Below are positions 1 to 9,908 of a stretch of DNA of 48,908 nt, piece by piece (position 1 is the first letter of the stretch; each line of letters starts with the position of its first letter). Origin of the DNA: a virus (Duplodnaviria; Heunggongvirae; Uroviricota; Caudoviricetes). The position numbers and the translations under genes are program-made. The DNA is taken from positions 1 to 48,908 of IMG/VR virus record IMGVR_UViG_2897346870_000004, one strand, 5' to 3'. The notes under the pieces were generated by a model that had not been told where the DNA came from, made no database searches, and worked only from the letters and a program-made list of their open reading frames with translations.

Positions 1-1236
1 CTACGATAACCGCGCATTCAACATAGCTACCTGTTCGTCGTTCATGTCATCAATCCACATACCGTAAATTTCATACACCATCTGCGCAGTTTCATGCCCC
101 ATCTGGCTGGCTATAAATGCCGGGTTCGCTCCTGCCGTCAACAACCAGCAGGCAAAAGTATGCCGCGTATGGTACGGATTACGGCGGCGAATACCAGCAC
201 GTTTTACTGCTGCATTCCATCTCGCCCCCAGACTGCTTACCGAGTAATAAGGTTTCTGTTTTCCGTTACACACCCTGGGCATGAAAACAAAATGCAGTTT
301 TTGCTTTTCGGTTCTGCCGTACTCCCGATGATAAAAAGTGATTTCGCTTTTGCGATGATGCCCGGTTAGTTTGTATTGCTCCTTCAGTGCTTCAATAGCA
401 GGCCGCAGTAGTGTTACCGTCCGAATCCCCGCATTTGTTTTTGGGGGACCGAACATATCAAGTATCGTCAGGTTTCTTCTGACATTCACAATTCCCTTCT
501 CGAAATCCACATCCTCCCACGCCAGAGCAGCCAGTTCCCCGTGACGAAGCCCGGAGTAAACGGCAAATTTCCACAAGTTCTGGCTCTGTCCTTTTTCACT
601 TTCCATTAATGCATTGAATTCTGTTTTAGATAACGGATCAGGCTTTATTCTGTTTCGCTGTAATTTTTTTACTCCTTCAAATGGTTTGGTTGATATAAAT
701 CCCGACTGATACGCAAAACGTAACAACGAACAGAGCAGGGCGATATAGTTATCAACTGTGCGCACGGTTCTTCCTTTTTTGTTGGATCTTGGATTATCCA
801 GGTAAAGCGTTTCTCCATGCAGCAGTTCATTCCGGTAGTTTAAGATATCGCTATAACGAATATGTGATATTGGGGTACTCTCACAAATTATTATCCTGAG
901 TGTTTTTAATTGTGATTTCGTTTTCTTCATTGTGTTTGTTGTTAACTCTGTCTCTTTAATTTTTGTCCAGATATCACAAAGCTCCCCGAACGTTTTTATG
1001 ACCCTCGTTGTCACCATTTTTGCCCCAGTGCTGGACTGGGGGAAACGTCTTAAATACTCAAATTCACCGGAATTGATTTCATGAACTATCAACGCTCTTA
1101 AATTCCCGGCTTTTTTAATGTTACTGTTAGTAACCTCCCAGCCTTTCAATGTTTCCCGACATCGTTTTCCTCGAAACATGAACCAGATGCGAATGTATTT
1201 ACCTCGAATCTCGACACCTGTTGGTAATTTAGACAT
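1..1236 (-). CDS. intR: Phage integrase (tyrosine recombinase)
   Basis: 411-aa ORF ending at a stop at the window edge; C-terminal H-x-x-R ... Y catalytic region (HTRHTFACWLL ... YEIYGMW) typical of lambda-type integrases; sits at the prophage end next to an excisionase. Confidence 0.9.
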   Translation of the reverse strand: MSKLPTGVEIRGKYIRIWFMFRGKRCRETLKGWEVTNSNIKKAGNLRALIVHEINSGEFEYLRRFPQSSTGAKMVTTRVIKTFGELCDIWTKIKETELTTNTMKKTKSQLKTLRIIICESTPISHIRYSDILNYRNELLHGETLYLDNPRSNKKGRTVRTVDNYIALLCSLLRFAYQSGFISTKPFEGVKKLQRNRIKPDPLSKTEFNALMESEKGQSQNLWKFAVYSGLRHGELAALAWEDVDFEKGIVNVRRNLTILDMFGPPKTNAGIRTVTLLRPAIEALKEQYKLTGHHRKSEITFYHREYGRTEKQKLHFVFMPRVCNGKQKPYYSVSSLGARWNAAVKRAGIRRRNPYHTRHTFACWLLTAGANPAFIASQMGHETAQMVYEIYGMWIDDMNDEQVAMLNARLS

Positions 1237-1237
1237 A

Positions 1238-1453
1238 TCATGAGTCTTTGATAAACTGATTTATCTTTGGATAGTTGTACCAGATAATCCCTCGCTTACT
1301 GTCTGGCTTCCCTAAAGGAGATACTCGTTTGAAGTGGAAGCCTTCCACCCAACAGTTCTGGCGGTATGCTTCAATTTGTCTGGCCCCCAGACCAGTGCGA
1401 AGCATCAGGCCGTATTCAACCATCCACTCTTCATTAAAGATTACTTGTGCCAT
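1238..1453 (-). CDS. xisR: Excisionase-like protein (start at internal Met MAQVIF)
   Basis: Small ORF immediately upstream of int; sequence matches my recollection of Rac YdaQ/XisR ([15 protein letters not shown]...). Confidence 0.75.
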   Translation of the reverse strand: MAQVIFNEEWMVEYGLMLRTGLGARQIEAYRQNCWVEGFHFKRVSPLGKPDSKRGIIWYNYPKINQFIKDS

Positions 1454-1552
1454 CGCATCACCTCTGGCAGGCGCCAATGTTAGACTGAAATTGACGCCCG
1501 ATGTTGATTATTAATAATCAGCTATGAAGTTTTAATTTGAATACAATGCAAT

Positions 1553-1741
1553 TCACGAGGACTGAAGTTGCTCGCAATTAAAATTTATCAGTTTTACTTT
1601 CTGCTCTCTGGAAACGCCTGCTTCTTTTTTACCTGAGAGCATTTTTTCGCATTCTGATTTGGTTAATTTTGTTTTTGAGTACCTTGTCCAGTTAGTAGGA
1701 GTGCCACCTTCCTTTTCAATAGTGGCGGTAATTTTATACAT
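1553..1741 (-). CDS. Hypothetical small early protein (62 aa)
   Basis: ORF with GGAGGTG RBS upstream of ATG at 1741; lies between lar and xis in the leftward operon. Confidence 0.4.
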   Translation of the reverse strand: MYKITATIEKEGGTPTNWTRYSKTKLTKSECEKMLSGKKEAGVSREQKVKLINFNCEQLQSS

Positions 1742-1928
1742 GAACACCTCCATTATTATTTCCAGTGGTTCGTTTATTCCATCGTTCGAGTGCTTCTTTT
1801 TCACTTCCACCATAGCCGGTTCGGGATTCGCATCCGTTACACTTCGCGCGGTAATATCCTGAAATGGCTTTCACCGTTACTGATGGACAACCACAAAAAG
1901 GGCATGGTTTGACTTTTTCATACCGCAT
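1734..1928 (-). CDS. ralR: Restriction alleviation protein Lar/RalR
   Basis: 64-aa protein MRYEKVKPCPFCGC...CNGCESRTGYGG with paired Cys motifs; matches recalled Rac RalR. Confidence 0.8.
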   Translation of the reverse strand: MRYEKVKPCPFCGCPSVTVKAISGYYRAKCNGCESRTGYGGSEKEALERWNKRTTGNNNGGVHV

Positions 1929-1991
1929 TGTCTTTTCTCTCATAAAATAAAATTTTGTGATGGCGGTGAGGCTACACCGCCAAAGTCAATA

Positions 1992-3044
1992 TCAGGAGCC
2001 GATATATTCTGGTTTCATATCTGTCAGTGTCGTTTTATACGCCTCATATAATTCACCCAGATGTGGCCGGGCAGCATTCAGCGTATTTTCCAGAGCAGTA
2101 AATTTTTGTTCTGCTTCTGGATCACCTGAAGAAGGTAGGTCATTTATCATCTTCTCGATACGGGCAATAGCATTGAGACGGTGATGACGCTGAACCACTT
2201 TTCCTTTAAGTTCCGTATAGAGAGCGCCAAGTGTATTTTTATGATCTTCCACTTCCTGGCGAAGTGCTGTTGTTTCCCCGGTGCTTTGTGCCTGCTCAAT
2301 ACGTTCACGGAAAGCATCGATCCAGTTTTCCCCGGCATCCTGCTCAATAATTGTTGTTTCACGTTCCGCGCGGCAAGCGGAAGTGTTTTTATGTTCCTGA
2401 ACCGGATTAATGATTTTTTCCTGTGGCTCGTCCAGTTCGTCCCTGGTGTACACTCCAAGAATCACTTCGGGGCAATAAAGGCGCGCCCAGCGTTTCAGCG
2501 CTAGATAGGCAAGCTGCTGGCGAGGATCGTCGGCCCATAGCGTTGAGTTACGTGTTCTGGCCTGCGCCAGAAGTAATTCCAGTACGCGTGGTTTACTTTC
2601 GCCGCGTAGTGTTGCCTGGACACGAACACCGATCCCGTTTTCATCGGCCAGCTTCCAGCCAGGTACACGATATTCTTTCCCTTTGTCGCTCTTCCTGATT
2701 TCAAATTTCCCGATAATTTTTTCCCACGGCCCGAACCAGTCATATTCAATACGCCCGGTTAGCGGCCCACGAGTACTGATTACGGCATTAACCAGTTGCG
2801 CTTCATATCCGAGCACACCATTCACAACGAAAGTTTTCTGAGCTACTGCGTAAGGGTTCATTTGCCACTGCATCGCCTGCATGGTGATGGCCATGCAGTC
2901 TGATGGATTTCCCCGGAGGTGTTCCGGTACAGTAGCCATGCCGGAAGCCATTACCTGGGAAAATGTCTGAATTGCAGCCAGGGACTGAGGGCTGAAAACC
3001 GCAACATTAGAGTTAATATTTTCTTGTTGAGTTAATTCGTTCAT
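1992..3044 (-). CDS. Putative single-strand annealing recombinase (partner of RecE-like exonuclease; not K-12 RecT-like)
   Basis: 350-aa ORF with GAGGAAGG RBS, directly downstream of the RecE-like gene in the position occupied by recT/bet; sequence does not match my recollection of RecT or lambda Bet. Confidence 0.5.
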   Translation of the reverse strand: MNELTQQENINSNVAVFSPQSLAAIQTFSQVMASGMATVPEHLRGNPSDCMAITMQAMQWQMNPYAVAQKTFVVNGVLGYEAQLVNAVISTRGPLTGRIEYDWFGPWEKIIGKFEIRKSDKGKEYRVPGWKLADENGIGVRVQATLRGESKPRVLELLLAQARTRNSTLWADDPRQQLAYLALKRWARLYCPEVILGVYTRDELDEPQEKIINPVQEHKNTSACRAERETTIIEQDAGENWIDAFRERIEQAQSTGETTALRQEVEDHKNTLGALYTELKGKVVQRHHRLNAIARIEKMINDLPSSGDPEAEQKFTALENTLNAARPHLGELYEAYKTTLTDMKPEYIGS

Positions 3045-3055
3045 TGTGTCCTTCC

Positions 3056-6000
3056 TCAGATGCTCAGTGCTTCAAGACGACGAAGATCAAAGTCGTTTAA
3101 TTCGTCGGTATAACTTTCGGTAATCGGTGCTGGCCAGTTGTTTGTCTCCAGGGCTTCGTTTATCTGGCGTAGCGTCCGGCGATATTCCTGTCGACCAAGT
3201 TCCAGGAGTTCCTGCGAGGCTTCCACGACTGCCACCCAGTGATAGCCAGCATCTTTGTTGACGAAGATCCAGAAAAATTTGTCCAGGTTTGCCACATCGC
3301 AATACATTGCGGCGCTGAGGTGATAATCACGCTCAATAATTTCACGGTGCAGGCGATCTTTAAGTCGTTCCTGTCGCACATAACCGAGGCTGACTGACTT
3401 CACGTCAGCGCAAATGCTTTCGTATGGCAGCCGGATTTCGATATCAGGACGGACCCTGATTTCCAGCCCGGTTTCTTCATCAAACCCGAAATAGCTGATT
3501 TCAGATTTGCGATCCGGGTGGTTGAGTAGCCTTGCTGCATCGGTATTGTTTTGCAGTGCCGCGTGAATATTTTTTGCCTGTTCATACATCTCCGGACTGA
3601 TAAACGTTTTCCCGGCATTTTCTTCTTGCTGGCGTTTTTGCCAGTCCTCCAGTGTCACCAGTTCCGGGCGAATTTTCCGTGCGATTTCGGTTAATTGCTC
3701 TTTTGTGCCACTGATGTTGTAAGGCAAAGATTTAGCACGTTCTTTTTTTGCCAGTTCTGGGTCTACAGTTTCAATTTGATCCAGAAGCTGCTCCCGTGCT
3801 CCACTGGTTTTCAACAGAGGAGGGAGGCTTGCGTTGTATTCTTTAATACAGGCTTTCATTGCTGATGCTGTGTGTTTTTCCCCCTCAGGAATACGCCGAA
3901 ATTCCACCGGAAGCGAACCGTAAAGGATGCCTGTTTCTTCGGCCCCGGCACTTACAGACAGTGGCTGTATAAGAGTGCTGTTGTAGCTTTCGATCCACTC
4001 TTTCATCTGCTCTGGTGTCATCAGTGCTGGCAGACTGGCATTGTGTTTTTTAATGATGGCGATCAGTTCGCTAGAAGTAGTAACCACATATTCAGGAACC
4101 GGTACCGGAATGGCATATTCATCAGCGAATTTATCCGTTTCCAGAACATAGCTGTGAATGATCCGCCCACGCAGCAGTGCATCACTTTCCTCGTTCGGAA
4201 TAGTTCCGGCAATGTGCCGTCCGTGGTAATACATCAGGCTGATACGGGCATCCTTCAGCATCGTGCTGCTTATTCCGTTGGCGGAGTGATAAACCTCGTT
4301 CGGGAGGTTTTCATAGCGGCCAGGCTCGAAATATGACGGCCACATGATTTCAGTTGCTACAGGAGCTGACGCTTCACCAGTTTCATCACTGCAATCACGA
4401 TGCGGATCGCTGCCAGCATTCTCATTGTGCGGATGTTCAGCGCCTTCCATTTCCACCGGATCTTTTTCCTTAGCTTCAACCTGATTCTCTTCATCGAATG
4501 TTTCCTGGTATGTTGCGTCGCCCGTCACCGCCCCACAGTCAGGGCAGTTATCTCCGCCAGTCTGACCGCAGGCATTGCAGACTATTTCCGGTTCCTGTTG
4601 CACTACTGCCTCAGGTTGTTTCACATCCGGGCTGGTTTTTTCCGTTTCTGGCTGGTTCTGGTACACAGAATCGCGAGTCTGGATCCCCTTAACCCATTTC
4701 GGATCGTTCGGGTCGCTAATTCCGTCAACAAATTCACCACGTGATGCAGCAAGCAATTTATCGGCATCGACAGGATTTTTTGATGGAATGTTTTTCCGGG
4801 CTTCATGGAGTTCTGCCCGCAGTTCCTGATATTTCGCATCAACAGAATTTACCTGTGACTGAGCATCCAGCGGCTGCGTGTCCTGATGATGTTCAGTTGC
4901 GTCCGGTTCCATTGTTTCAGCCTCTCCCTGTTCATCTGCCGTTGTTTCAGATGGTTGCGGTTTTTCTTCATCATCCTGTTTTCCTTCTTCTGTTACACGC
5001 TGCGGCATCGGGGCAGAGGAGCGACCGCAGGCAATATCCACGATTTCCGGATCAGGGTTGGCATGATCGGTTTCAGTCAGTACTTTGTTCAGATATTCAG
5101 TGACGTGCGCGGGGATGACCTCGATCCCAATTGGTGCTTCTTTCACGGACGCAACCACGATGGCGCGTGAATAATCCAGCCCGCCAGGCATGGTGATGAA
5201 TTTGTCGCGGAAAACAGAAAAGGGCGGTTTATTTTCAGCGATAATTTCCTCAATGCGTTTAGCGTGTGCCGGATGAAGGTTATAGATGTCCACGTCCATT
5301 GAACGGGCCAGTACGCCAGTGGCTACATCGCGCGCCAGTGACGTCAGATCGTGGACGAAACCTTCGCCGCGATCGGTGAGGTTCCCGCCGCCAGCATTAG
5401 CACCGGAAGCCGTGCGAGTGATGCGTGAAACACGATTCCCTTTTCGCCATTCTTTTGTCAGAAGACCGCGATCAATGTGTTCGGTATCCAGCCAGGCTGA
5501 AATGAAATTCTTAAATTCATAGGGCTGATGTTTTTTCGTGATAGAGAAAACCCCCTTAATTGCATCAGTCAGGCGGAGCAGGGCGGCATTATCCAGAGTT
5601 GTCGGTTCTGCCATGCCGCGTATGGCCAACAGCAGATTCTGGACATAGCTGTTTTCCTGATCCATCTCAAGAGCAGTAATGTGTTCGCGTTGTTCTCGGG
5701 TGGCATGATGCAGGTATTTCCGATCCCCGGCCGCATAGGTAAAAATGTGCAGAAGACGCTGTGTGAACCGCAAAGTAGATACAGAAACTTCGCAATCCTG
5801 GCAATCCCCGTGAGCGTCTGCCAGTGTGTTTTCTTCCTGCCCTCCCGTCAGTTCTTCGGTTTCCTGAGCATTCTCCTGATGGTGAACGTCGTCTGGCGCT
5901 GCTCCCGATTTTAGTTCCCAGGTCATGGAGTCTTTGCTGAGTTGATAGCGTTCACTCCAGGTAAAATCGATCTCACCTTCAGGGGGCAGGTCATTAACGA

Positions 6001-6178
6001 CAGGAAAATTCGTGGCAACAGCTTTAAAATAGCTGCTCAGTTTTTTACCTGACTTAACGATCAGGTAGTCCAGAGTGGCACAGGTCGATTCAAAATCGTC
6101 GCTTGCCCACAGGACGACGTCAGGTTCACCGGATGATTTTTTCGCTTTCCGTAACGGGAAGAGTGGTTTTGTGCTCAT
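3056..6178 (-). CDS. recE: Exodeoxyribonuclease VIII (RecE-like), 1040 aa
   Basis: N-terminus [46 protein letters not shown] matches recalled RecE; C-terminal region has a RecE/YqaJ-like PD-(D/E)XK pattern (RVRPDIEI ... DVKSV). Confidence 0.8.
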   Translation of the reverse strand: MSTKPLFPLRKAKKSSGEPDVVLWASDDFESTCATLDYLIVKSGKKLSSYFKAVATNFPVVNDLPPEGEIDFTWSERYQLSKDSMTWELKSGAAPDDVHHQENAQETEELTGGQEENTLADAHGDCQDCEVSVSTLRFTQRLLHIFTYAAGDRKYLHHATREQREHITALEMDQENSYVQNLLLAIRGMAEPTTLDNAALLRLTDAIKGVFSITKKHQPYEFKNFISAWLDTEHIDRGLLTKEWRKGNRVSRITRTASGANAGGGNLTDRGEGFVHDLTSLARDVATGVLARSMDVDIYNLHPAHAKRIEEIIAENKPPFSVFRDKFITMPGGLDYSRAIVVASVKEAPIGIEVIPAHVTEYLNKVLTETDHANPDPEIVDIACGRSSAPMPQRVTEEGKQDDEEKPQPSETTADEQGEAETMEPDATEHHQDTQPLDAQSQVNSVDAKYQELRAELHEARKNIPSKNPVDADKLLAASRGEFVDGISDPNDPKWVKGIQTRDSVYQNQPETEKTSPDVKQPEAVVQQEPEIVCNACGQTGGDNCPDCGAVTGDATYQETFDEENQVEAKEKDPVEMEGAEHPHNENAGSDPHRDCSDETGEASAPVATEIMWPSYFEPGRYENLPNEVYHSANGISSTMLKDARISLMYYHGRHIAGTIPNEESDALLRGRIIHSYVLETDKFADEYAIPVPVPEYVVTTSSELIAIIKKHNASLPALMTPEQMKEWIESYNSTLIQPLSVSAGAEETGILYGSLPVEFRRIPEGEKHTASAMKACIKEYNASLPPLLKTSGAREQLLDQIETVDPELAKKERAKSLPYNISGTKEQLTEIARKIRPELVTLEDWQKRQQEENAGKTFISPEMYEQAKNIHAALQNNTDAARLLNHPDRKSEISYFGFDEETGLEIRVRPDIEIRLPYESICADVKSVSLGYVRQERLKDRLHREIIERDYHLSAAMYCDVANLDKFFWIFVNKDAGYHWVAVVEASQELLELGRQEYRRTLRQINEALETNNWPAPITESYTDELNDFDLRRLEALSI

Positions 6179-6308
6179 TGTTTTTTAACCTCAACTCAGA
6201 TTAAAATTCGTTTTGTTCAGTGAATGATCTTGCCGGATACACACTGTTCATAGCCTGCGCCATACGCAGGCTATTTCTTTCAGATTTCACCTTTTAATTT
6301 CATTGCAA

Positions 6309-6554
6309 TCAGAGTTGCCAGAAATTCGGCTTTTTTTCTGTGGGCAGATTCTTTCCGATATGCACCAGGCTCATTTTTTTGACACCTTCGTGAAGTGTTT
6401 TAACGTTGCCTGATGGACCGTCGATATCAACTACAGTGAATGGGGTTTCTTTATTTTCTGTTTTAATCACGTAGCCAATACGCTTTCCTTCCAGATTAAC
6501 CTCGTGAACAATGTCATCAGTAGTTACAATAGTGGTTTCATAATTAGTAATCAT
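6309..6554 (-). CDS. racC: RacC-like protein
   Basis: ORF starting MITNYETTIVTTDDIVHEVNLEGKRIGYVIKTENK with GGAG RBS; matches recalled Rac RacC. Confidence 0.6.
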   Translation of the reverse strand: MITNYETTIVTTDDIVHEVNLEGKRIGYVIKTENKETPFTVVDIDGPSGNVKTLHEGVKKMSLVHIGKNLPTEKKPNFWQL

Positions 6555-6628
6555 GTTTTTCTCCTTAATTAAGGTTGAGCGAATCCCTGCCATTGCTGGC
6601 ATGAATTCAGTTTCGCATAGTCAGTTAA

Positions 6629-6805
6629 TTAAAGTTCGTGTGCCATCTGGTCTTTTTCGGCACAGATTTCACTACAATATTTTTTCATTTCCGTCGTTGG
6701 TATAACTCCACGCATGAAATGAAGTGGTCTTTTAATGCTTTTGCTTTCTTCAACCCCTTTATTGCAAAGGTGGTAAGCACATTTTATTTTCTTAGTCATC
6801 ACCAT
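6629..6805 (-). CDS. ydaE: YdaE-like small Cys-rich protein (58 aa)
   Basis: Hand-translated [61 protein letters not shown]; below the length cutoff of the ORF track; lies between racC and kilR as in Rac. Confidence 0.55.
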   Translation of the reverse strand: MVMTKKIKCAYHLCNKGVEESKSIKRPLHFMRGVIPTTEMKKYCSEICAEKDQMAHEL

Positions 6806-7020
6806 GATTCCGCCTTTACAGGTAAACCATCACGACCGAGGAAAACTTTAATCATGCAGTCAGTAATGCATGTTTTTGTGGTCAGGTTACGAATATATAG
6901 TTTTCGCTTTTTAATATTGTTTGCCGAGGCAATATATGTCCGGCCTTCATGAAGAACATAATCGCCAGGAGTCACACACTGACGTGGTATTTCATCAGTT
7001 CCGAAGTGATGTGCAATCAT
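6799..7020 (-). CDS. kilR: Cell-division inhibitor KilR
   Basis: [46 protein letters not shown] matches recalled KilR; GGAG RBS 6 nt upstream of ATG at 7020. Confidence 0.8.
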   Translation of the reverse strand: MIAHHFGTDEIPRQCVTPGDYVLHEGRTYIASANNIKKRKLYIRNLTTKTCITDCMIKVFLGRDGLPVKAESW

Positions 7021-7461
7021 AATTATCTCCATTTTTACAAATGAACTTTGTTGATGCGGTGCCTGGTGCCTCCAGGTGACTGCAACCAGTTAACAATTAC
7101 AGTCGGCTTTCCCACCCAAACCAATAAGGACTAACATGACTTTTAACTGTGCCACGTGCGCTTAGCCGCATTCACCGCATCACAAAATTCACTTTAAAAA
7201 GGGCGGACATCAGCCGAACTTCAAGAAAAAAACTGATGCCGCCAGGACTACACACAGCAATGTCGTTATTTACAACCGGAGGCGCACACCCACCATTTAA
7301 ATTTAACAGACAAGACCGACTCTTTATGGATATCGGAAATGCGCCTTCGTGTTGTGCCCGGTTTTATTTCACCACCTCCGGGCTTCGGTGGTCTCGGCTA
7401 TACCCCTACAGCGAGAGCTTGTGTTAACATTTCAATACCCTTACAGTTGAGAGTTATTGAT

Positions 7462-7950
7462 ATGTTGGATGTATTTACTCCATTGTTGAAACTTTTTGCT
7501 AACGAGCCACTCGAAAGACTTATGTATACGATTATCATTTTTGGTCTCACTCTCTGGCTGATACCGAAAGAGTTTGCTGTCGCATTCAATGCTTATACTG
7601 AAATACCTTGGCTCTTTCAGATTATCGTTTTTGCCTTTTCTTTCGTGGTCGCCATTTCCTTCTCAAGATTGCGAGCACATATTCAAAAGCATTATTCATT
7701 ACTACCAGAGCAACGAGTATTGCTTCGTTTATCTGAGAAAGAAATCGCTGTATTTAAAGATTTCCTTAAAACAGGAAATCTTATTATCACTTCTCCTTGC
7801 CGTAACCCGGTTATGAAAAAATTAGAACGGAAGGGCATCATTCAACATCAGAGTGATAGCGCAAACTGTTCTTATTATCTCGTCACCGAAAAATACTCCC
7901 ATTTTATGAAGTTATTCTGGAACAGCAGGAGTAGACGTTTTAATCGTTAG
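7462..7950 (+). CDS. sieB: Superinfection exclusion protein B
   Basis: MLDVFTPLLKLFANEPLERLMYTIIIFGLTLWLIPKEF membrane protein matching recalled SieB; true start at internal ATG 7462, not the ORF-track start 7339. Confidence 0.85.
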   Translation: MLDVFTPLLKLFANEPLERLMYTIIIFGLTLWLIPKEFAVAFNAYTEIPWLFQIIVFAFSFVVAISFSRLRAHIQKHYSLLPEQRVLLRLSEKEIAVFKDFLKTGNLIITSPCRNPVMKKLERKGIIQHQSDSANCSYYLVTEKYSHFMKLFWNSRSRRFNR

Positions 7951-8102
7951 CTTACTGTGTGCTTCTCCAACCATCGGCGCGCACCAGTTTCGGTTTTAAA
8001 TGTTTTGCTTTTGGTATACGTCATGGCAGTGAACGTTCCATCCTGGTTGGGGAACACGCCGCACACCAGGGATTCGTTGTTGCCGAGGTCGATTTTTTGC
8101 AT
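7947..8102 (-). CDS. ydaF: YdaF-like small protein (51 aa)
   Basis: Hand-translated MQKIDLGNNESLVCGVFPNQDGTFTAMTYTKSKTFKTETGARRWLEKHTVS; overlaps the sieB stop by 4 nt, convergent. Confidence 0.5.
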   Translation of the reverse strand: MQKIDLGNNESLVCGVFPNQDGTFTAMTYTKSKTFKTETGARRWLEKHTVS

Positions 8103-8112
8103 TTTGCGAATC

Positions 8113-8247
8113 TCACATCTTGTTGCTACGTATAGCGACTTCTGCCTGCCAGAGATCCCAGTCGTTGCTGCGTAAAGCCTGCACAGCCTGGTTGTAAGTG
8201 ATACCGCAACAATCCATCAAATACTGAACTACTTCGTAATGCACCAT
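8113..8247 (-). CDS. ydaG: YdaG-like small protein (44 aa)
   Basis: Hand-translated MVHYEVVQYLMDCCGITYNQAVQALRSNDWDLWQAEVAIRSNKM with GGGGAGAG RBS; first gene of the leftward operon downstream of the left operator cluster. Confidence 0.5.
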   Translation of the reverse strand: MVHYEVVQYLMDCCGITYNQAVQALRSNDWDLWQAEVAIRSNKM

Positions 8248-8425
8248 CTTATCTCTCCCCTTAACGCCGGGTGGCGGAACTAACTGCTGCACTGCAAAAT
8301 TTGAATCCCGCCGTCATGTTCATACGCCTCGGGCTGGCTACTTAACCCCTGACCACTGCCTGGTAACTCGAAGTATTGCCCTGCGTTCTGTGGGGCGGGG
8401 TGGGTGGTATGCTGGAACTATAGGT

Positions 8426-8480
8426 AATGCCTAATTGATTGTCAATAGGCTATGCCTAATGTTTTGGGCGTAACCTAATA
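8426..8480. promoter_or_regulatory. Left operator-like cluster: ATGCCTAAT repeats at 8427-8435 and 8452-8460 plus a degenerate copy at 8472-8480
   Basis: Direct reading; the 22-bp segment 8440-8461 is the exact reverse complement of 9083-9104 on the other side of racR. Confidence 0.45.
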
Positions 8481-8554
8481 GGTGATGGCGACAGCAGAAA
8501 GTGATGGGGGGTTAAATAACGGAATCCAGGAGTTTTCCGTCAGACCATATAAGT

Positions 8555-9031
8555 TTAAGTTCCAGTTTTTGTGATGTTCTGGCTTTTCCGTTCAGATTCT
8601 AGAGCTTTCAGATACTTACCCACTTTCATTTCCATCGCTGCTATATAGGCGCGAACATCGTGGTCAACCCAATCTGGTTCTGTAGCATTTCCAGATAACA
8701 GGAAAGCTACAATCGCTCTTATTTCATCAGAGGCTGCTTGATAAAGGTTGTTTATATCTAAAAGTTCACTTTTTGTATCTGAATTGGTGGGGGTTGGTAT
8801 GGGGTATTCGTTAAGCCCCCAATGCTCTGGACCAACAACATCAGAAAAGAAACGCCATAATTCTGGAAGTTTATCTTTACTTATAGAGCCTTTCTTAATC
8901 CAGTCATAAATTGATGGTGGTTGGACTTTGAAGTGGCGTGCGACCTCCGCCTTTGATTTGACGGATCCCGATGCGATTTTTTTGTTAATGGCCTGCTCTA
9001 TCGCTCGGCCTAAGTCTTTACCACTAAGCAT
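8555..9031 (-). CDS. racR: Prophage repressor RacR
   Basis: 158-aa protein MLSGKDLGRAIEQAINKKIASGSVKSKAEVARHFKVQPPSIYDWIKKG with N-terminal HTH; divergent from ydaS; matches recalled RacR. Confidence 0.9.
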   Translation of the reverse strand: MLSGKDLGRAIEQAINKKIASGSVKSKAEVARHFKVQPPSIYDWIKKGSISKDKLPELWRFFSDVVGPEHWGLNEYPIPTPTNSDTKSELLDINNLYQAASDEIRAIVAFLLSGNATEPDWVDHDVRAYIAAMEMKVGKYLKALESERKSQNITKTGT

Positions 9032-9058
9032 TGCTTAATATTCTCCTATGCTCATTGC

Positions 9059-9126
9059 ATTAGGCAATCCCTACCCTTACCGCATTAGGCATAGCCTATT
9101 GACATTTATATTAGGCGTCGCCTAAT
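9059..9126. promoter_or_regulatory. Right operator-like cluster: ATTAGGCA(T) at 9059-9066 and 9084-9092, and perfect palindrome ATTAGGCG-T-CGCCTAAT at 9110-9126
   Basis: Direct reading; lies in the divergent racR/ydaS intergenic region about 30 bp upstream of the ydaS start. Confidence 0.5.
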
Positions 9127-9154
9127 ATTTCTGTGTGTTTTTGGAGTTCATTCG

Positions 9155-9451
9155 ATGAAAAAAGAGAACTATTCATTCAAGCAAGCTTGTGCTGTTGTCG
9201 GTGGGCAATCAGCAATGGCTAGGCTTTTAGGTGTATCACCTCCAAGCGTAAATCAATGGATCAAAGGGGTACGTCAATTGCCTGCCGAGAGATGTCCAGC
9301 AATTGAACGTGCAACAAGAGGTGAGGTTCTGTGCGAAGAACTTCGTCCTGATATTGACTGGTCATATTTACGACGTTCGGCATGTTGTTCGCAGAATATG
9401 TCAGTGAAGCAACTAAATGACAGTAACAAATCCTCATTTGATCATACCTGA
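9155..9451 (+). CDS. ydaS: Cro-like HTH protein YdaS
   Basis: 98-aa ORF with GGAG RBS; HTH segment QSAMARLLGVSPPSVNQWIKG; matches recalled YdaS. Confidence 0.85.
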   Translation: MKKENYSFKQACAVVGGQSAMARLLGVSPPSVNQWIKGVRQLPAERCPAIERATRGEVLCEELRPDIDWSYLRRSACCSQNMSVKQLNDSNKSSFDHT

Positions 9452-9473
9452 AACATCAAGAGGCAAATGATTC

Positions 9474-9896
9474 ATGAAAATCAAGCATGAGCACATCGAA
9501 TCAGTGTTGTTTGCCCTGGCAGCCGAAAAAGGGCAGGCATGGGTAGCCAATGCAATTACTGAAGAATATCTGCGCCAGGGGGGCGGCGAATTGCCCCTGG
9601 TTCCAGGCAAGGACTGGAATAATCAGCAGAATATCTATCACCGTTGGTTGAAAGGTGAAACGAAAACGCAAAGAGAAAAAATTCAGAAGCTGATCCCAGC
9701 AATTCTGGCAATCCTTCCGCGCGAGCTGCGTCACCGACTCTGCATCTTCGATACCTTGGAACGCCGTGCATTACTGGCGGCGCAGGAAGCGTTAAGTACG
9801 GCAATTGATGCGCATGATGATGCAGTCCAGGCCGTTTACCGGAAAGCGCATTTCAGCGGTGGCGGGTCTTCCGACGATTCTATCATTGTTCATTAA
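9474..9896 (+). CDS. ydaT: YdaT
   Basis: 140-aa ORF immediately downstream of ydaS; matches recalled YdaT. Confidence 0.8.
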   Translation: MKIKHEHIESVLFALAAEKGQAWVANAITEEYLRQGGGELPLVPGKDWNNQQNIYHRWLKGETKTQREKIQKLIPAILAILPRELRHRLCIFDTLERRALLAAQEALSTAIDAHDDAVQAVYRKAHFSGGGSSDDSIIVH

Positions 9897-9908
9897 GCAA
9901 AAGTTTTC

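Noticed and set aside
3872-5914. Multiple 60-150 aa plus-strand ORFs inside the RecE-like gene
   Set aside because: All antisense to, or nested in, a 1040-aa ORF whose N-terminus matches recalled RecE; none has a start signal.
7339-7461. N-terminal extension of sieB from the ORF-track start at 7339
   Set aside because: The known protein begins MLDVF at ATG 7462; the upstream extension (MRLRVVPGFISPPPGF...) is unlike the recalled protein and covers a hairpin-rich intergenic region.
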